The notes: generated by a model not told the origin, from the letters alone. Shown: positions 53,852 through 64,000, numbered from the stretch's first letter. The stretch: 64,000 nucleotides of DNA from Amoebidium appalachense (GCA_963693365.1 CAVNZM010000005.1:4215716-4279715), one strand, 5' to 3'. Numbers and translations: made by a program.

Positions 53852-54535
53852 CATGTCTGTCTGCTGCAGGCAGAAGAGGAAGAAAAAAAAGGGGAGAAAC
53901 ACAGGAGGGAGGGAGGAAGCCAGCAAACGGCACGAATCTAAGCCGTCTTCATCATTTCCACTCATGCATCGCTGCAAGTTTGTGCACGTACCCAAAGGGG
54001 TCTCCCACAACTAGCAGCACAACATCCTCCGTGTCAGCGCCCTCAAGCATCTCATCAGCGCCCTGCTCTACAAAATCACGGTCCGCAAGAAGCACTTCAC
54101 GCCCGTAAAATGCCTCCTGCACTTCGCACATTTTAGCTTCCCCATTCTTCCCCCCCCCCCCCCCTTCCCCCCTCCCTCCCCCCTTGCCTCTGGCCCCCCC
54201 TCCCAACCCTTAACTCAACCACTGACCTCTCCCTCTCCCCCCTACCTCATCTCCCCCTCCCCCCCCTTCCCCCCTCCCCTCGCTTCCCCTCCCCCCCCCC
54301 CCCCCCCTCGCCTTCCTAACCACCACCAGCCCCCCCCCGCCCCTCCACTTCTCTCTCTCTACCAATTCTTCTCCCAACGCACGCACACGCACGTACGCAC
54401 CAGCCTGTCCTTGTCTACGCCCAGTATCGACGTGTATGCCTCCAGGTACACCCGCTTGGCGCCCTTCACGGCCTCCAACCCCTTGACAGTTATGTCCCGT
54501 TCATCCCCCAGCCCCAGGCCCACAACGTACAGCAT
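49783..54535 (-). CDS. DPH5: Diphthine methyl ester synthase
   Basis: Seven phase-consistent GT-AG exons: 54535-54401 [24 protein letters not shown]...YLEAYTSIL, 54116-53992 ...LADRDFVEQ...LLVVGDPFG, 53307-53250 [11 protein letters not shown], 52918-52747 [19 protein letters not shown]...GLHTLCLL, 52070-52031 DIKVKEQS, 50798-50707 [12 protein letters not shown], 49997-49783 ...GLARVG...DFGGPLHS...*. Confidence 0.97.
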
Positions 54536-55164
54536 GGTGGCGGCGAATAGAAAAACAGAACGCTAATAAAAAGGGGTGAGTAAAGGCAGAAAACGGAGAT
54601 GTTGGATTCTGGAGAAAGCGAAACTCTCTGCAGCTGCCTCGGACTGAGCTACACGTGTGCTCGACTTGCTGGTGGTGAATATTAGTGACCAATAGTATTA
54701 GCAACGTAAAGACTAAATATGGTTAATTGCATGATGCGCTCTAAACCAATGGTTTTAGCGACAGTGATATCCATATATGGTAAGATAGTTTGGGGAGAAG
54801 TACAGTACACCATAGATCAGTTGTGAGGAAACTCGAATTGTTTTTTTTTTTTTGTTTTTTTCTTTTTTTTTTTTACGGAAATTTCCCACATCTTGGAGAA
54901 AAGCCCAAGGGGGGAGCAGCACTCCGAGACGGAGGTGAGTATCTTGTTTTAAATGACATGCATGTACACAGTACGAAGTGTAAAGGCATTAGGCTGAAGG
55001 ATATTAATTAACTATACAACTGTTCCTTAAAAAGAAAAGGAAGACCCATACTCATGTATTTGATAGAGTAAGAACACGTGAATAAATGCAGAAAAACTGT
55101 TCCAGAGTTGGTTGTCCAGAGTTGTGAAATGCTGTGTGCGCACATTTGCGAACCGTCCCATAAC

Positions 55165-56070
55165 TGACACAGCGATATCACAGCGATATCTCAGCGATAT
55201 CACCTATTACCAGCGATATCACGGTGATTTATTCAATAGGACCGCCCCCCCCCACCTGCCATCCCCACAACCTCTTTCCTTCCTCCCCTCCAGCCTCTCC
55301 CCACCTTCTGCCCTGTGCCATCTGGATCTCCACTGCCCCCTCCCCGTGTCACCCCTCGGACGTATCGGGCACCTTCAAGTTGGGCAGTGCACTGGCAGCT
55401 ATGTTTGACAGTCGTGATTGTTGATGTTTCCGGGCACGCTTTCTATAGTCAGTGTACAGTGATAGGAGTATTACTATAACAAATAGTTATGAAACAAAGC
55501 TGTGTCACGGACGAGAATGGAATGGATCCAAAAATTAATACGGTACCTTCCCCATTTTTTTGTCCAACTTGAAGGGGGCCTCAGCTTAGGCTAGCAAAAT
55601 ATTGCAATATCACCGCAATAACACGCAAACCACACGTAGCACAGGTATCACCTGCCCAGCAGAAATAACACTGTGGTATTCAAATTACCGCCAAAGTAAC
55701 ACGACATGCGAAATAACACGAAGATATTATTGTGGTATCACCGGCAGTACCACGGTGATATCGTTGAGATATTCCCTATGTTTCCAATGGCGGTATCACC
55801 AAGATATCACGAACAAAATTGCCGGAAATATCACTGCGATATCACCGTGTGGATGCATGTGATATCACCGTACTACTCCAGTATATCACCATCTAGGGGT
55901 ACAGTCGCCCGCGGGGCATACCGGTGGTGATTTGGTTATATCACCGTACTATCTCCAGTATCACCGGGTCCGGTCTGAATCCCAGGCGCGGATCCCGCGG
56001 TGATATCGGGTGATATTACAGTAATATCACACCGCGGTGATATCACCAATCGCTATTGCGCGATATAGGG
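55165..56070. repeat. Dispersed array of (G/A)ATATCACCG-like motifs (>15 copies), possibly subterminal repeats of a degenerate DNA transposon
   Basis: GATATCAC/TATCACCG recur at ~55173-55222, 55606, 55645, 55734, 55791, 55803, 55827-55847, 55860, 55882, 55937, 55957, 55998-56047. Confidence 0.65.
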
Positions 56071-56657
56071 TATTTCTCTCTAAAAGAAACCAGATCCGAT
56101 ATGCGGATATGTACACCGATAGGGCACAGACACTAGTGAAGATCAACTCGTGTCATTATCGAGGAAGTGAGGGAAAGTTCTAATTCCTATGACACACTGC
56201 AAAGACTCAGACATACTACAGTTAACCTTGATGATTGGTTGAAGCACGGCAACACATGAAAACTAAAGTAAATTAATGAAGTCTGATCACACATGTCAAC
56301 CTAAGTGTAGCCTAAGTGTGTTACCGTCCAATCATAGAATCATATATTACTGGTTCCTCTCTCTCTCCCTCGCTCAGTGAAACACTGCTGCTTCCTTTGT
56401 ATCCAATCATTTGCCATTTGGGTACACGTTGTTGTTCCCTCCATTCTGAATGATTCTACAGTGTTTACGACCAGGTCAGTTCACTTGAAAACAGAAAGCA
56501 ACCATAAAAAAACAAATTGAATAGCCTGCAGGTGAGCTAGTGCATGTACACCTGGAATGCAGACAAGAATGCAGGTTCTTGCTCTTGTGACCTTGTCGAT
56601 TGAAGATTGGTTTATTTTTATCGCCGTGCTATCTCCCTTTCCTGGTTGTGGCCGCTT

Positions 56658-56928
56658 TAAACCAACCTCCGTATCTACCATTTTAGACACAATCGAGGAT
56701 AATCCGATAGAGGATTTCGGATGGCCCCGTCGCGGCTCTTGAAATTCTCGAATCAATCAAGCGATTGAGGGCATAACGTCATCCTGACGATTTTGTTTAC
56801 TAAGGACGTCACATCATCGATCGCTTGATATGTTCGAGAATTTCAATAGCCTCATCAGTGCCATTCGAAATCCTCGATCAGATCATCCTCGGTCGGGGCT
56901 AAAAATGGTAGATACGGAGGTTGGTTTA
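56658..56928. mobile_element. Foldback MITE with long imperfect TIRs, TA-flanked (Tc1/mariner-like target)
   Basis: TAAACCAACCTCCGTATCTACCATTTT ... AAAATGGTAGATACGGAGGTTGGTTTA perfect 27-bp TIR; imperfect symmetry continues inward (GAGGATTTCG/CGAAATCCTC, TTGAAATTCTCGAA/TTCGAGAATTTCAA, ATCAAGCGAT/ATCGCTTGAT). Confidence 0.85.
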
Positions 56929-57299
56929 GTCGTTTTACCTGAAATGGAATCGTATTGTCGAAAAGTCTTAATCCTATTGCTGGGGACTTTTCTCTTTATA
57001 GAGCTGTATGAGCCCCGTATGTTTTGTTTTTTCAAAAACTGGTTTCGTATAATCTTTCTCTCCATTAACCATATGGAGCCCCGGCACGGAAAACAGGGCT
57101 TCGTACTTTTCTTTTCGAGCCCAAGAACTACCAACAGACCACTTTTTTATAGAAACCATCCATTTCTCATACAGAAAAACCTCAAAATACACGTTTGGTG
57201 CCTATATATTTGTTACGAACGGTTAATACGGCGCCTCACAGCGCTTATCGTATTGGCCCCTTTATTCGTATTTTAAGTCAATACGATTCGTAAGGCAAT

Positions 57300-57685
57300 C
57301 CCTGCTCCCTCTGAGCCCCTCTGAGCCCTCTCTCTCTCTCCCCGACCGAGTCTCTCAGAGTCTCCCCCCCTCGACCCCCCCCCCCCCCCCCCCCCTCTCT
57401 CCCTCCCAGCCAGTCCCTCCCTCCCTCCCTCCCTCCCTCCCTCCCTCCCACCCTCCCACCCTCCGGATCCCTCAATCCCTCCCTCCCTCCCTCCCTCCCT
57501 CCCTCCCTCCCTCCCGAGTCCCTAGCTCCTCCCCTCCCTCCCTCCCTCCCTCCCCTCCCTCCCTCCCTCCCTCCGAGGCACCCTCCAGCCCCTCCCTCCC
57601 AGCTCCCTCCCTCCCAGTCCCTCCCCGGCCCTCTCTCTCTCTCTCTCGCTCCCTCCCTCCCCCCATCCCCGGCCCACCCCGGGCC

Positions 57686-57745
<60 letters not shown>

Positions 57746-57850
57746 CTCCCTCCCTCTCTCTCTCCCTCCCTCTCTCAGGCTCTCTCTCTCTCCCCCCCCC
57801 CCCCCCCTCTCTCTCTCTCTCTCAGGCTCGAGCTCTCTCCAGATCCCTCT
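57300..57850. repeat. Polypyrimidine (CCCT)n/(CT)n composite tract
   Basis: Direct read. Confidence 0.85.
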
Positions 57851-58324
57851 ATTTAATATCTCTCTTTGCGTGACTGTGCGTGCATTGCGCACATGTGTGT
57901 CCTGTATACTGTGACGTAAGTGTGTGACGCGCAAACGTGTGTGTGGTATATATGCACGTGTGTGTGTGGGCGTGTGTATGATTGCCGGGTCCGTGACGTA
58001 CGGTAGTGGTGGGGTACCGGTGCCCGGGGGTACCCGGTGACCGGGGGGCATGCGCCCCGGGGTTCGGAAGAGGGAGGGGGGGGGGGGGGGGGCTCTAGAT
58101 TATACTGGATAGGGATCTATGGATAGGAGAGGTACGGTCATGGGGGGGGGGGGGGGGGGGGGCCGAGGGGCTCCGAGGGGGAGGTTCAATTCAGGACACC
58201 CACTCACGCACCGGCAGACAGTGTGTCATTGATACAATAAGTTAGGCTTCTTTATACCTAAAGAGCTCATTGCAACCTGTCGGAAATGCACCTGTTTTGT
58301 TTGCATCAAAAAACTGAAAAAAGT

Positions 58325-58774
58325 TTGGACTGCTCCCCCTAGTTGAACAGTTTGGGGGGAAAGCCGAAGGCTCTAAATTCGGATATTCGGGATTTGGTTG
58401 TAAGGTTTTACGGGTCGGGCCGAAGGCCTTAACGGGCCGCAGGCCCGCCTATTGGGCCGCCAGGCCCGGGGCCCCGGGGACGGGGGCCTCCCCACCCACG
58501 CGGGCCACCCCCGGCCCGGCCCGGCCCGCGGGGGCACGGGGAGTAGAGCTCTACTCCCCGTGCCCCCGCGGGCCGGGCCGGGCCGGGGGTGGCCCGCGTG
58601 GGTGGGGGAGGCCCCCGGTCCCCGGGGCCCCGGGCCTGGCGGCCCAATAGGCGGGCCTGCGGCCCGTTAAGGCCTTCGGCCCGACCCGTAAAACCTTACA
58701 ACCAAATCCCGAATATCCGAATTTAGAGCCTTCGGCTTTCCCCCCAAACTGTTCAACTAGGGGGAGCAGTCCAA
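58325..58774. repeat. 450-bp spacer-less palindrome centred on GAG|CTC (58548/58549)
   Basis: Left arm TTGGACTGCTCCCCCTAG... (224 nt) is the reverse complement of the right arm ...CTAGGGGGAGCAGTCCAA (226 nt); the only differences I found are two 1-nt indels in C/G runs. Confidence 0.97.
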
Positions 58775-59026
58775 TATTGCTTCGCTCTTTCCAGTAGATC
58801 ACTTCCAAATATCTATCACGTGATGACCTTCCCGATTGTTCTTCCAATGACATTTTCTATCACTATCGACAGTTCTCCAATATTAGAACAGAAAACGGTT
58901 TATACGCACATGGCCAGATGGCCAGATCAAATTCAGTCTGTGAGCAGGGGGGGATCCACCTGAAGTCAAAACAATCTGGCCATCTGGCCATGTGGCCATA
59001 GAATAGATTAGTATGTAAGGCACTGG

Positions 59027-59661
59027 CTGCCACCACTGGGGGGCGTGGTTCCGGCAGCAGGGGGGGAGGGGAGGCACACGTGCAGGGGGGCTGGGGAGAG
59101 TGGGGGAGGCATGGCACCGCTGGGGAATGGCACCACTGGGGGCGTGGTTCCGGCAGGCCAGCAAGAGGGCGGATATGTGAGGCACACATGCTGGCGAGGA
59201 GGGCAAGGAGGGCGAGACTGGCGAGCCACCCACAGTGAGAAAGTATTATGTATGCATAGAGCATGTTGCCTGTGCAGCAGGTAGATGTGCATGAGGCACC
59301 AGAGTGGTGCAAGTTTCTGGTGGCTCTGTTTGACTAATAAAGGCATATGCTGCCACCACTGGGGCCTGGTTCCGGGAGGAGGGGGAGGCACACGTGCAGG
59401 GGGGCTGGGGAGAGTGGGGGCGGCATGGCACCGCTGGGGGCGTGGTTCCGGGAGGAGGGGGGGCTGGGAGGAGGGGGAGGCACGTGTATTCGTATATACA
59501 CCTAACTAAATGCCACCACTGGGGGCGTGGTTCCGGCAGCAGGGGGGCTGGGGAGCAGGGGAGGCTGGGGGGCCGGGGGGGCGGAGGAGGCGGAGGAGAC
59601 TGGCGGGGGCCTCACAGTTGGTTCCGGGGGGCACGGGGGGGGGGGGGGGGCCTTGCTGGCA

Positions 59662-59696
<35 letters not shown>

Positions 59697-59735
59697 AAAG
59701 ACACTGCCCGGGCGTGGTTCCGGGGGGCACGGGGG
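59027..59735. repeat. Interspersed motif array GCCACCACTGGGGGCGTGGTTCCGG (~7 copies, some partial)
   Basis: Copies at ~59027, 59129, 59350, 59428, 59511, 59617 (partial), 59703 (partial). Confidence 0.85.
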
Positions 59736-59781
59736 GCACGGGGGGCACGGGGGGAGGGGGGGGGGGGGCAAAAAGTCTCTC

Positions 59782-59825
<44 letters not shown>

Positions 59826-59844
59826 CAGGCAGGGCAGATGTGAA

Positions 59845-60039
59845 TGCTAAGTGTGAGGCCGGGAGGGGGCAAATATAAATGCTAAGTGTGAGGCCGGGGG
59901 GCCAAATATATATGCTAAGTGTGAGGCCGGGAGGCCAAATATATATGCTAAGTGTGAGGCCGGGAGGCCAAATATATATGCTAAGTGTGAGGCCGGGAGG
60001 CCAAATATAAATGCTAAGTGTGAGGCCGGGGGATGCAAA

Positions 60040-60086
<47 letters not shown>

Positions 60087-60235
60087 CAGGCCACATATAT
60101 ATGCTAAGTGTGAGGCCGGGAGGGGGCAAATATATAGGCTAAGTGTGAGGCCGGGGGCCAAATATATATGCTAAGTGTGAGGCCGGGAGGCCAAATATAT
60201 ATGCTAAGTGTGAGGCCGGGGGATGCAAAAAGTGA
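59845..60235. repeat. 33-bp tandem array TGCTAAGTGTGAGGCCGGGAGGCCAAATATATA x10, in two blocks each preceded by GCAAAAAGT(CT)n-CGGCAGGC
   Basis: Direct read; 11-aa periodicity in ORF track. Confidence 0.92.
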
Positions 60236-60770
60236 AACAAAAAATGCATCCGTGTGTGCAAATAATGCTGAGTGTGTGTGTGTGTGTGTGGGGGGGGGGG
60301 CATGCTATCACGTGTGGTGTGTGTGTGTGAAATGGGGGTCGATTCGGGTGATTCACGACAAAGCCAGCAAGATGGCAAGTGTCTCGGTAAGTGAATTGGC
60401 TTGACTGCTTTTTTTTTTTTTGGGGGGGGGTGTTTTGGGAAGTACACTGGTATGTGAGTGTGACGTGATATATTATATTTATAAAACTAGTTATTCCCAC
60501 GCCACCATCGAACATTTTGAAGCCATATCACGTGTATATATATTTTTAAAACGAGTTATTACTAAGCCACACCACCCACCACGCCACCATCGAACATTTT
60601 GAAGTCACATCATCATCAAAAAATTTGGAAAACACCATATAATGCCTATACAATCTACTATACACCAACATAACAAACACTATCAGTGTGTAAGCATCCA
60701 CCCCCCCAGTGTGTAAGCACACCCCCCTCCCCCCCCCCTCCCCCCCCCCCCAAAAAAAAAAAGCCCCCTG

Positions 60771-61226
60771 TTACTTCTCCCTCCCTCCAAGTCCGCCACG
60801 ATGCCTCTTGCGCGGCCCTTCCCTCGATTCATCTTGTTCTGTCCTTGTCGCCCGCCCCCCAGCTGCTTCCAATGCAGACTTGAACACACGACGTGTCGTT
60901 TCTTCGTATTTGTTCATTACACATTCGAAATCTCGCATATCACGATCCTGATCTTTAACGAAATTTTCAAATGTTTTCATTACGTCGGTATCCCGTGTGT
61001 CTCTAGCTATGTAAAGCGACTCCATTTCTCTTGATACTTCGCCTAGTGCCTTCGTGTATTCCACCATGCAAGTTTTAATTTTTTCGCTCCCTGCGCGTGC
61101 ACCGGCAAGACTTTGGTTACATTTTTTAATCAGCCTGCGAGTGTTTTCTTCCCTTGCTTGAACAGTGCGGGCACTACCGAAAACCTCGTCCAGTTTTGTG
61201 TCAATTTCTTTTTCGTACGTCCCCAT
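60771..61226 (-). CDS. Intronless hypothetical coiled-coil protein (151 aa)
   Basis: Open, non-repetitive, charged helical sequence with basic tail RKRHR; no family recognised. Confidence 0.6.
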   Translation of the reverse strand: MGTYEKEIDTKLDEVFGSARTVQAREENTRRLIKKCNQSLAGARAGSEKIKTCMVEYTKALGEVSREMESLYIARDTRDTDVMKTFENFVKDQDRDMRDFECVMNKYEETTRRVFKSALEAAGGRATRTEQDESREGPRKRHRGGLGGREK

Positions 61227-62622
61227 CTTTTAAGAGAATGCAAGAGAAGGTGAAAGGTGAAAAAGTAAGAGAACTGGGACTGTAACCGCTTTTTATATCG
61301 GGAAACGGGACAATTTGGACAGCTGATGTGTGGCGAATCAACAGGCGCTTGAATAAGACCCCAAACAACCAATTAAATCATTCGCACATGTAAAGGCACG
61401 CTTTTGCAGCTGATACGCGCCCAATCAATTTGGATACCCCGCTGTCAAACAAGTTAAAAAATTACTCCTTTATATCACATTGCAACAATCAAAGCTATTT
61501 GGACAAATTAATTTTTGATTTTATTCTTTTTTTTTTTGCTTACGGCCGTTTTAATGAAGTATAAACAACTTTTGGTATACATAGCAAAAACAACCAGCAA
61601 ATCGCACTCCTTTTGATTGGCTGGACAGCGGTTGGGGAAGATCGTAGGATCACGTGCACTATCTGGAGGGGGGCAAGGCTTTTCACAGTAAGCATCGCGA
61701 TTCATGAGCACGCGAATTGGTAACGGGTCATCTGCAAACAAGTAAGCTCCAATTTCAAAAGTAAAGCAATTCTAGTAGCTTTTTCCTGTGTTTCGTATAC
61801 TGTCGATACATTTGAATAAAAGTCAGTCTATACCGTAACATGGCAAATTAGACAATTTTGGGATCTGACACGCATTCGTCATCATGAAATTCAAAAGCCA
61901 CTCATCGGAGGGGAGGGGGGGCAAAAGAGGTGCTATTCGAATGACCCGCGGCAACGGCATCCATGTACACAAGACTTGAATTAAATAAATAACTTATGTA
62001 GAAAATATACATCAAATAAACCTATGTAGAAAATATACATCTGAATTGTAATAGCATCGATTGTGGTTTCCGGGCGTTAAAAAATGTGAAATCAAGAGCC
62101 ACTCATCGGAGGGAGGGCAAAAGGGGAGTGAAATTCCGATTTTGCGCTATCCGAATGACCCGCGGCAAAAGGCATCCATGTTGATGTTTTATGTTCGTTG
62201 TACACAAGACTTGAATGAAATAAAATAAACGTAGATTTTTCGATTACTATTACAGCACATGAGTGAGCATGAAATAAATAAACGTAGATTTTTCGATTAC
62301 TATTACAGCACATGAGTGAGCATGACCTGCAAAAGCCGCCACCTGATTGGGTATCCGGCAATTGGATCTGGACACCAGTGCCTATTGCCGTGCCTATTGC
62401 CGCGGCCGATGAATCAAGCACTATATGATTCGGCGCGCTGCCAGTTGATGTCATTTTGCAAAATCTACGAACCGATTCTCCCTGTCTATTACACAACAAC
62501 AGATTTCACACAAACAACAGGATTAATACGGCTACACTACAGTTTTCACAGATTTCACACAAACAACAGTTATTTTTCTCAGAAATTGTTATAACAGATC
62601 ATCCTAGTCTTACAATTCCAAA

Positions 62623-63614
62623 ATGCCGCCTAAAGGGCTGACACGCTATGAGTCCGTTGTAGATAACAACATCTCATCGAAAATTTCAGACGCGGAAAAA
62701 TCACTGATTGAATTGCATGACACGGTGGTTTTCTATGAAGGGGAGTTGAGGTACGCACGGAGTGTACTTAGGAGGGTGTGTGCGAGAGCAATCCAGTTTG
62801 ACCCGGAACTTCTGCAAGATGAGAGTCTGTTTGCCAGGGAGGAGGAGCAGGGGGGCAGGGAGAGGTCGGTGGTAGAGGATACCCTTCGTGTGAGGGGCGA
62901 GAGAGAGGCGGAGGGTGAGGGTGAGGGGGTGGGCGAGGCGGAGGGTGAGGGTGAGGGGGTGGGCGAGGAGGACGAGGAAGGGGGCGAGGTAATGCGCCGG
63001 AAGGTGGTCAGCGAGGAGAAAACAGAACCACCTTTTGCGGAGGTGGTGATAGGAGGGGCGAAGAAGTTGATGGAGGTTGTCTCTGAAAACGTGTATAGGG
63101 ACCCCGAAACGGGGCAACATTGGAGTTATGATTATACAGCAATGGGGTTTTTTGAGGTGAAGCACACGCACCCTGCCAGTGGCCGTGTAGCCCGGCGGAT
63201 GGTGGAACGGGAGAAACGTAAGGAGGGAGAAACGACGGAAGGGGAGAAACGTAAGAAGGGAGGAGGGAAGGTTTGTGAAGAGATTTCTTTAATTTCGGAT
63301 GAGGAGGAAGGGGAGAGGGGGGGAGGGGGAGGGGGAGAAGGACTCGGAGAGGGAGAGGGGGGGAGGGGGAGGGGGAGAAGGACTCGGAGAGGGAGAGGGA
63401 GGGTCAGGAGGAGGAGAGTCAGGAGGAGGAGGGTCAGGAGGAAGAGGAGCAGGAAATGGAGGGATTGGCATTGAATATATTTCAGGAGATGAAAAAACAG
63501 CTCGATGCAAGTTACCGGGGCGGCAGGGGCGGCAGGGGTGGCAGGGGCGGCAGGGGCGGCCATAAGAGACCCGCACAGCAGATTACCGAGAGGGCTCCCA
63601 AGAAGAAGAAGTAA
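62623..63614 (+). CDS. Intronless acidic nuclear protein with RGG box and bipartite NLS; two +1 frameshifts in G7 runs (63317-63323, 63357-63363)
   Basis: ORF from 62623. Removing one G from each G7 run joins it to EKDSEREREGQEEESQEEEGQEEEEQEMEGLALNIFQEMKKQLDASY(RGG)5HKRPAQQITERAPKKKK* with stop at 63612-63614. Confidence 0.65.
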
Positions 63615-64000
63615 GAGGGGGGGGGGGTAGTGGCATGCTTCGTTATGCTTTACTTAGTGTTTTTTGCAAGCAATCGGTTATATGTTATTATTTTTTTTGA
63701 GGGGGGGGTAATAGTTTTTGCAAGCAACCGAGTGTATTTTTTTTTTTGTGGGGGGGGGGGGGTTTCCGAGTGTATGTTGTGGGAGAGGGGAGGGGGGGTC
63801 ATACACGTGTTCGACAGTGGAGTGTTCATACACATTTTCGATACTATGTAAAACTCATGCAGTGAATAAATATATTACATTAAAAAGACACGTGTGCCAC
63901 CACGGATGCATTTAGCTTTTGCATGCCCCGGCCTCACACGGATGCATTTGCCCACCCCCCCCCCCTGCATGCACGGATGCATTTATTTGCCCCCCCCGGC

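Noticed and set aside
55600-56050. Lambda operator half-sites (TATCACCG)
   Set aside because: No full 17-bp operators or phage genes; coincidental in a eukaryotic context
58170-58205. tRNA suggested by GGTTCAATTC (also GTTCGAATTCC at ~30580 and ~33350)
   Set aside because: No cloverleaf, acceptor stem or A-box can be built around these
58429-58670. Mirror-image 72-aa ORFs on both strands
   Set aside because: By-product of the GC-rich palindrome
58861-58870. CACTA transposon terminus (CACTATCG)
   Set aside because: A 5-bp match only; no partner TIR or 3-bp TSD can be tested in the window
59027-60235. CRISPR-like array or CTCF-site cluster
   Set aside because: Spacers are irregular and mutually homologous, or absent; the motif does not fit the CTCF consensus spacing

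Overview
Eukaryotic, intron-rich genomic DNA. Introns are packed with (CA)n/(TG)n, (GA)n and long G/C homopolymers, so nearly all supplied six-frame ORFs are low-complexity artefacts. I rebuilt spliced genes by hand from GT-AG, phase-compatible exons. From left to right: 5' end of a C2-domain gene (-, runs out of the window); an uncharacterised helical/Pro-rich gene (+); NDUFB9 (-); a VASt/StART-like membrane protein (+) whose last three exons lie in a ~2.7-kb tandem duplication; RABL3 (-); an SH2-domain protein (+); DPH5 (-). The SH2 protein and intron style suggest a unicellular holozoan or similar opisthokont (inference only). There are two clear MITEs (a hAT with an 8-bp TSD, and a TA-flanked foldback), a GATATCACCG motif array, several minisatellites, and a ~130-bp repeat family found only in introns and always in the host gene's sense orientation. 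From ~57.3 kb the architecture changes: a 450-bp spacer-less GC-rich palindrome studded with mini-hairpins, two tandem motif arrays, and divergent intronless ORFs, one an acidic/RGG/bipartite-NLS protein. This may be the end of a large, possibly undescribed mobile or viral element and is the best candidate for a novel system. No hallmark transposase, integrase, polymerase or capsid gene is visible within the window.
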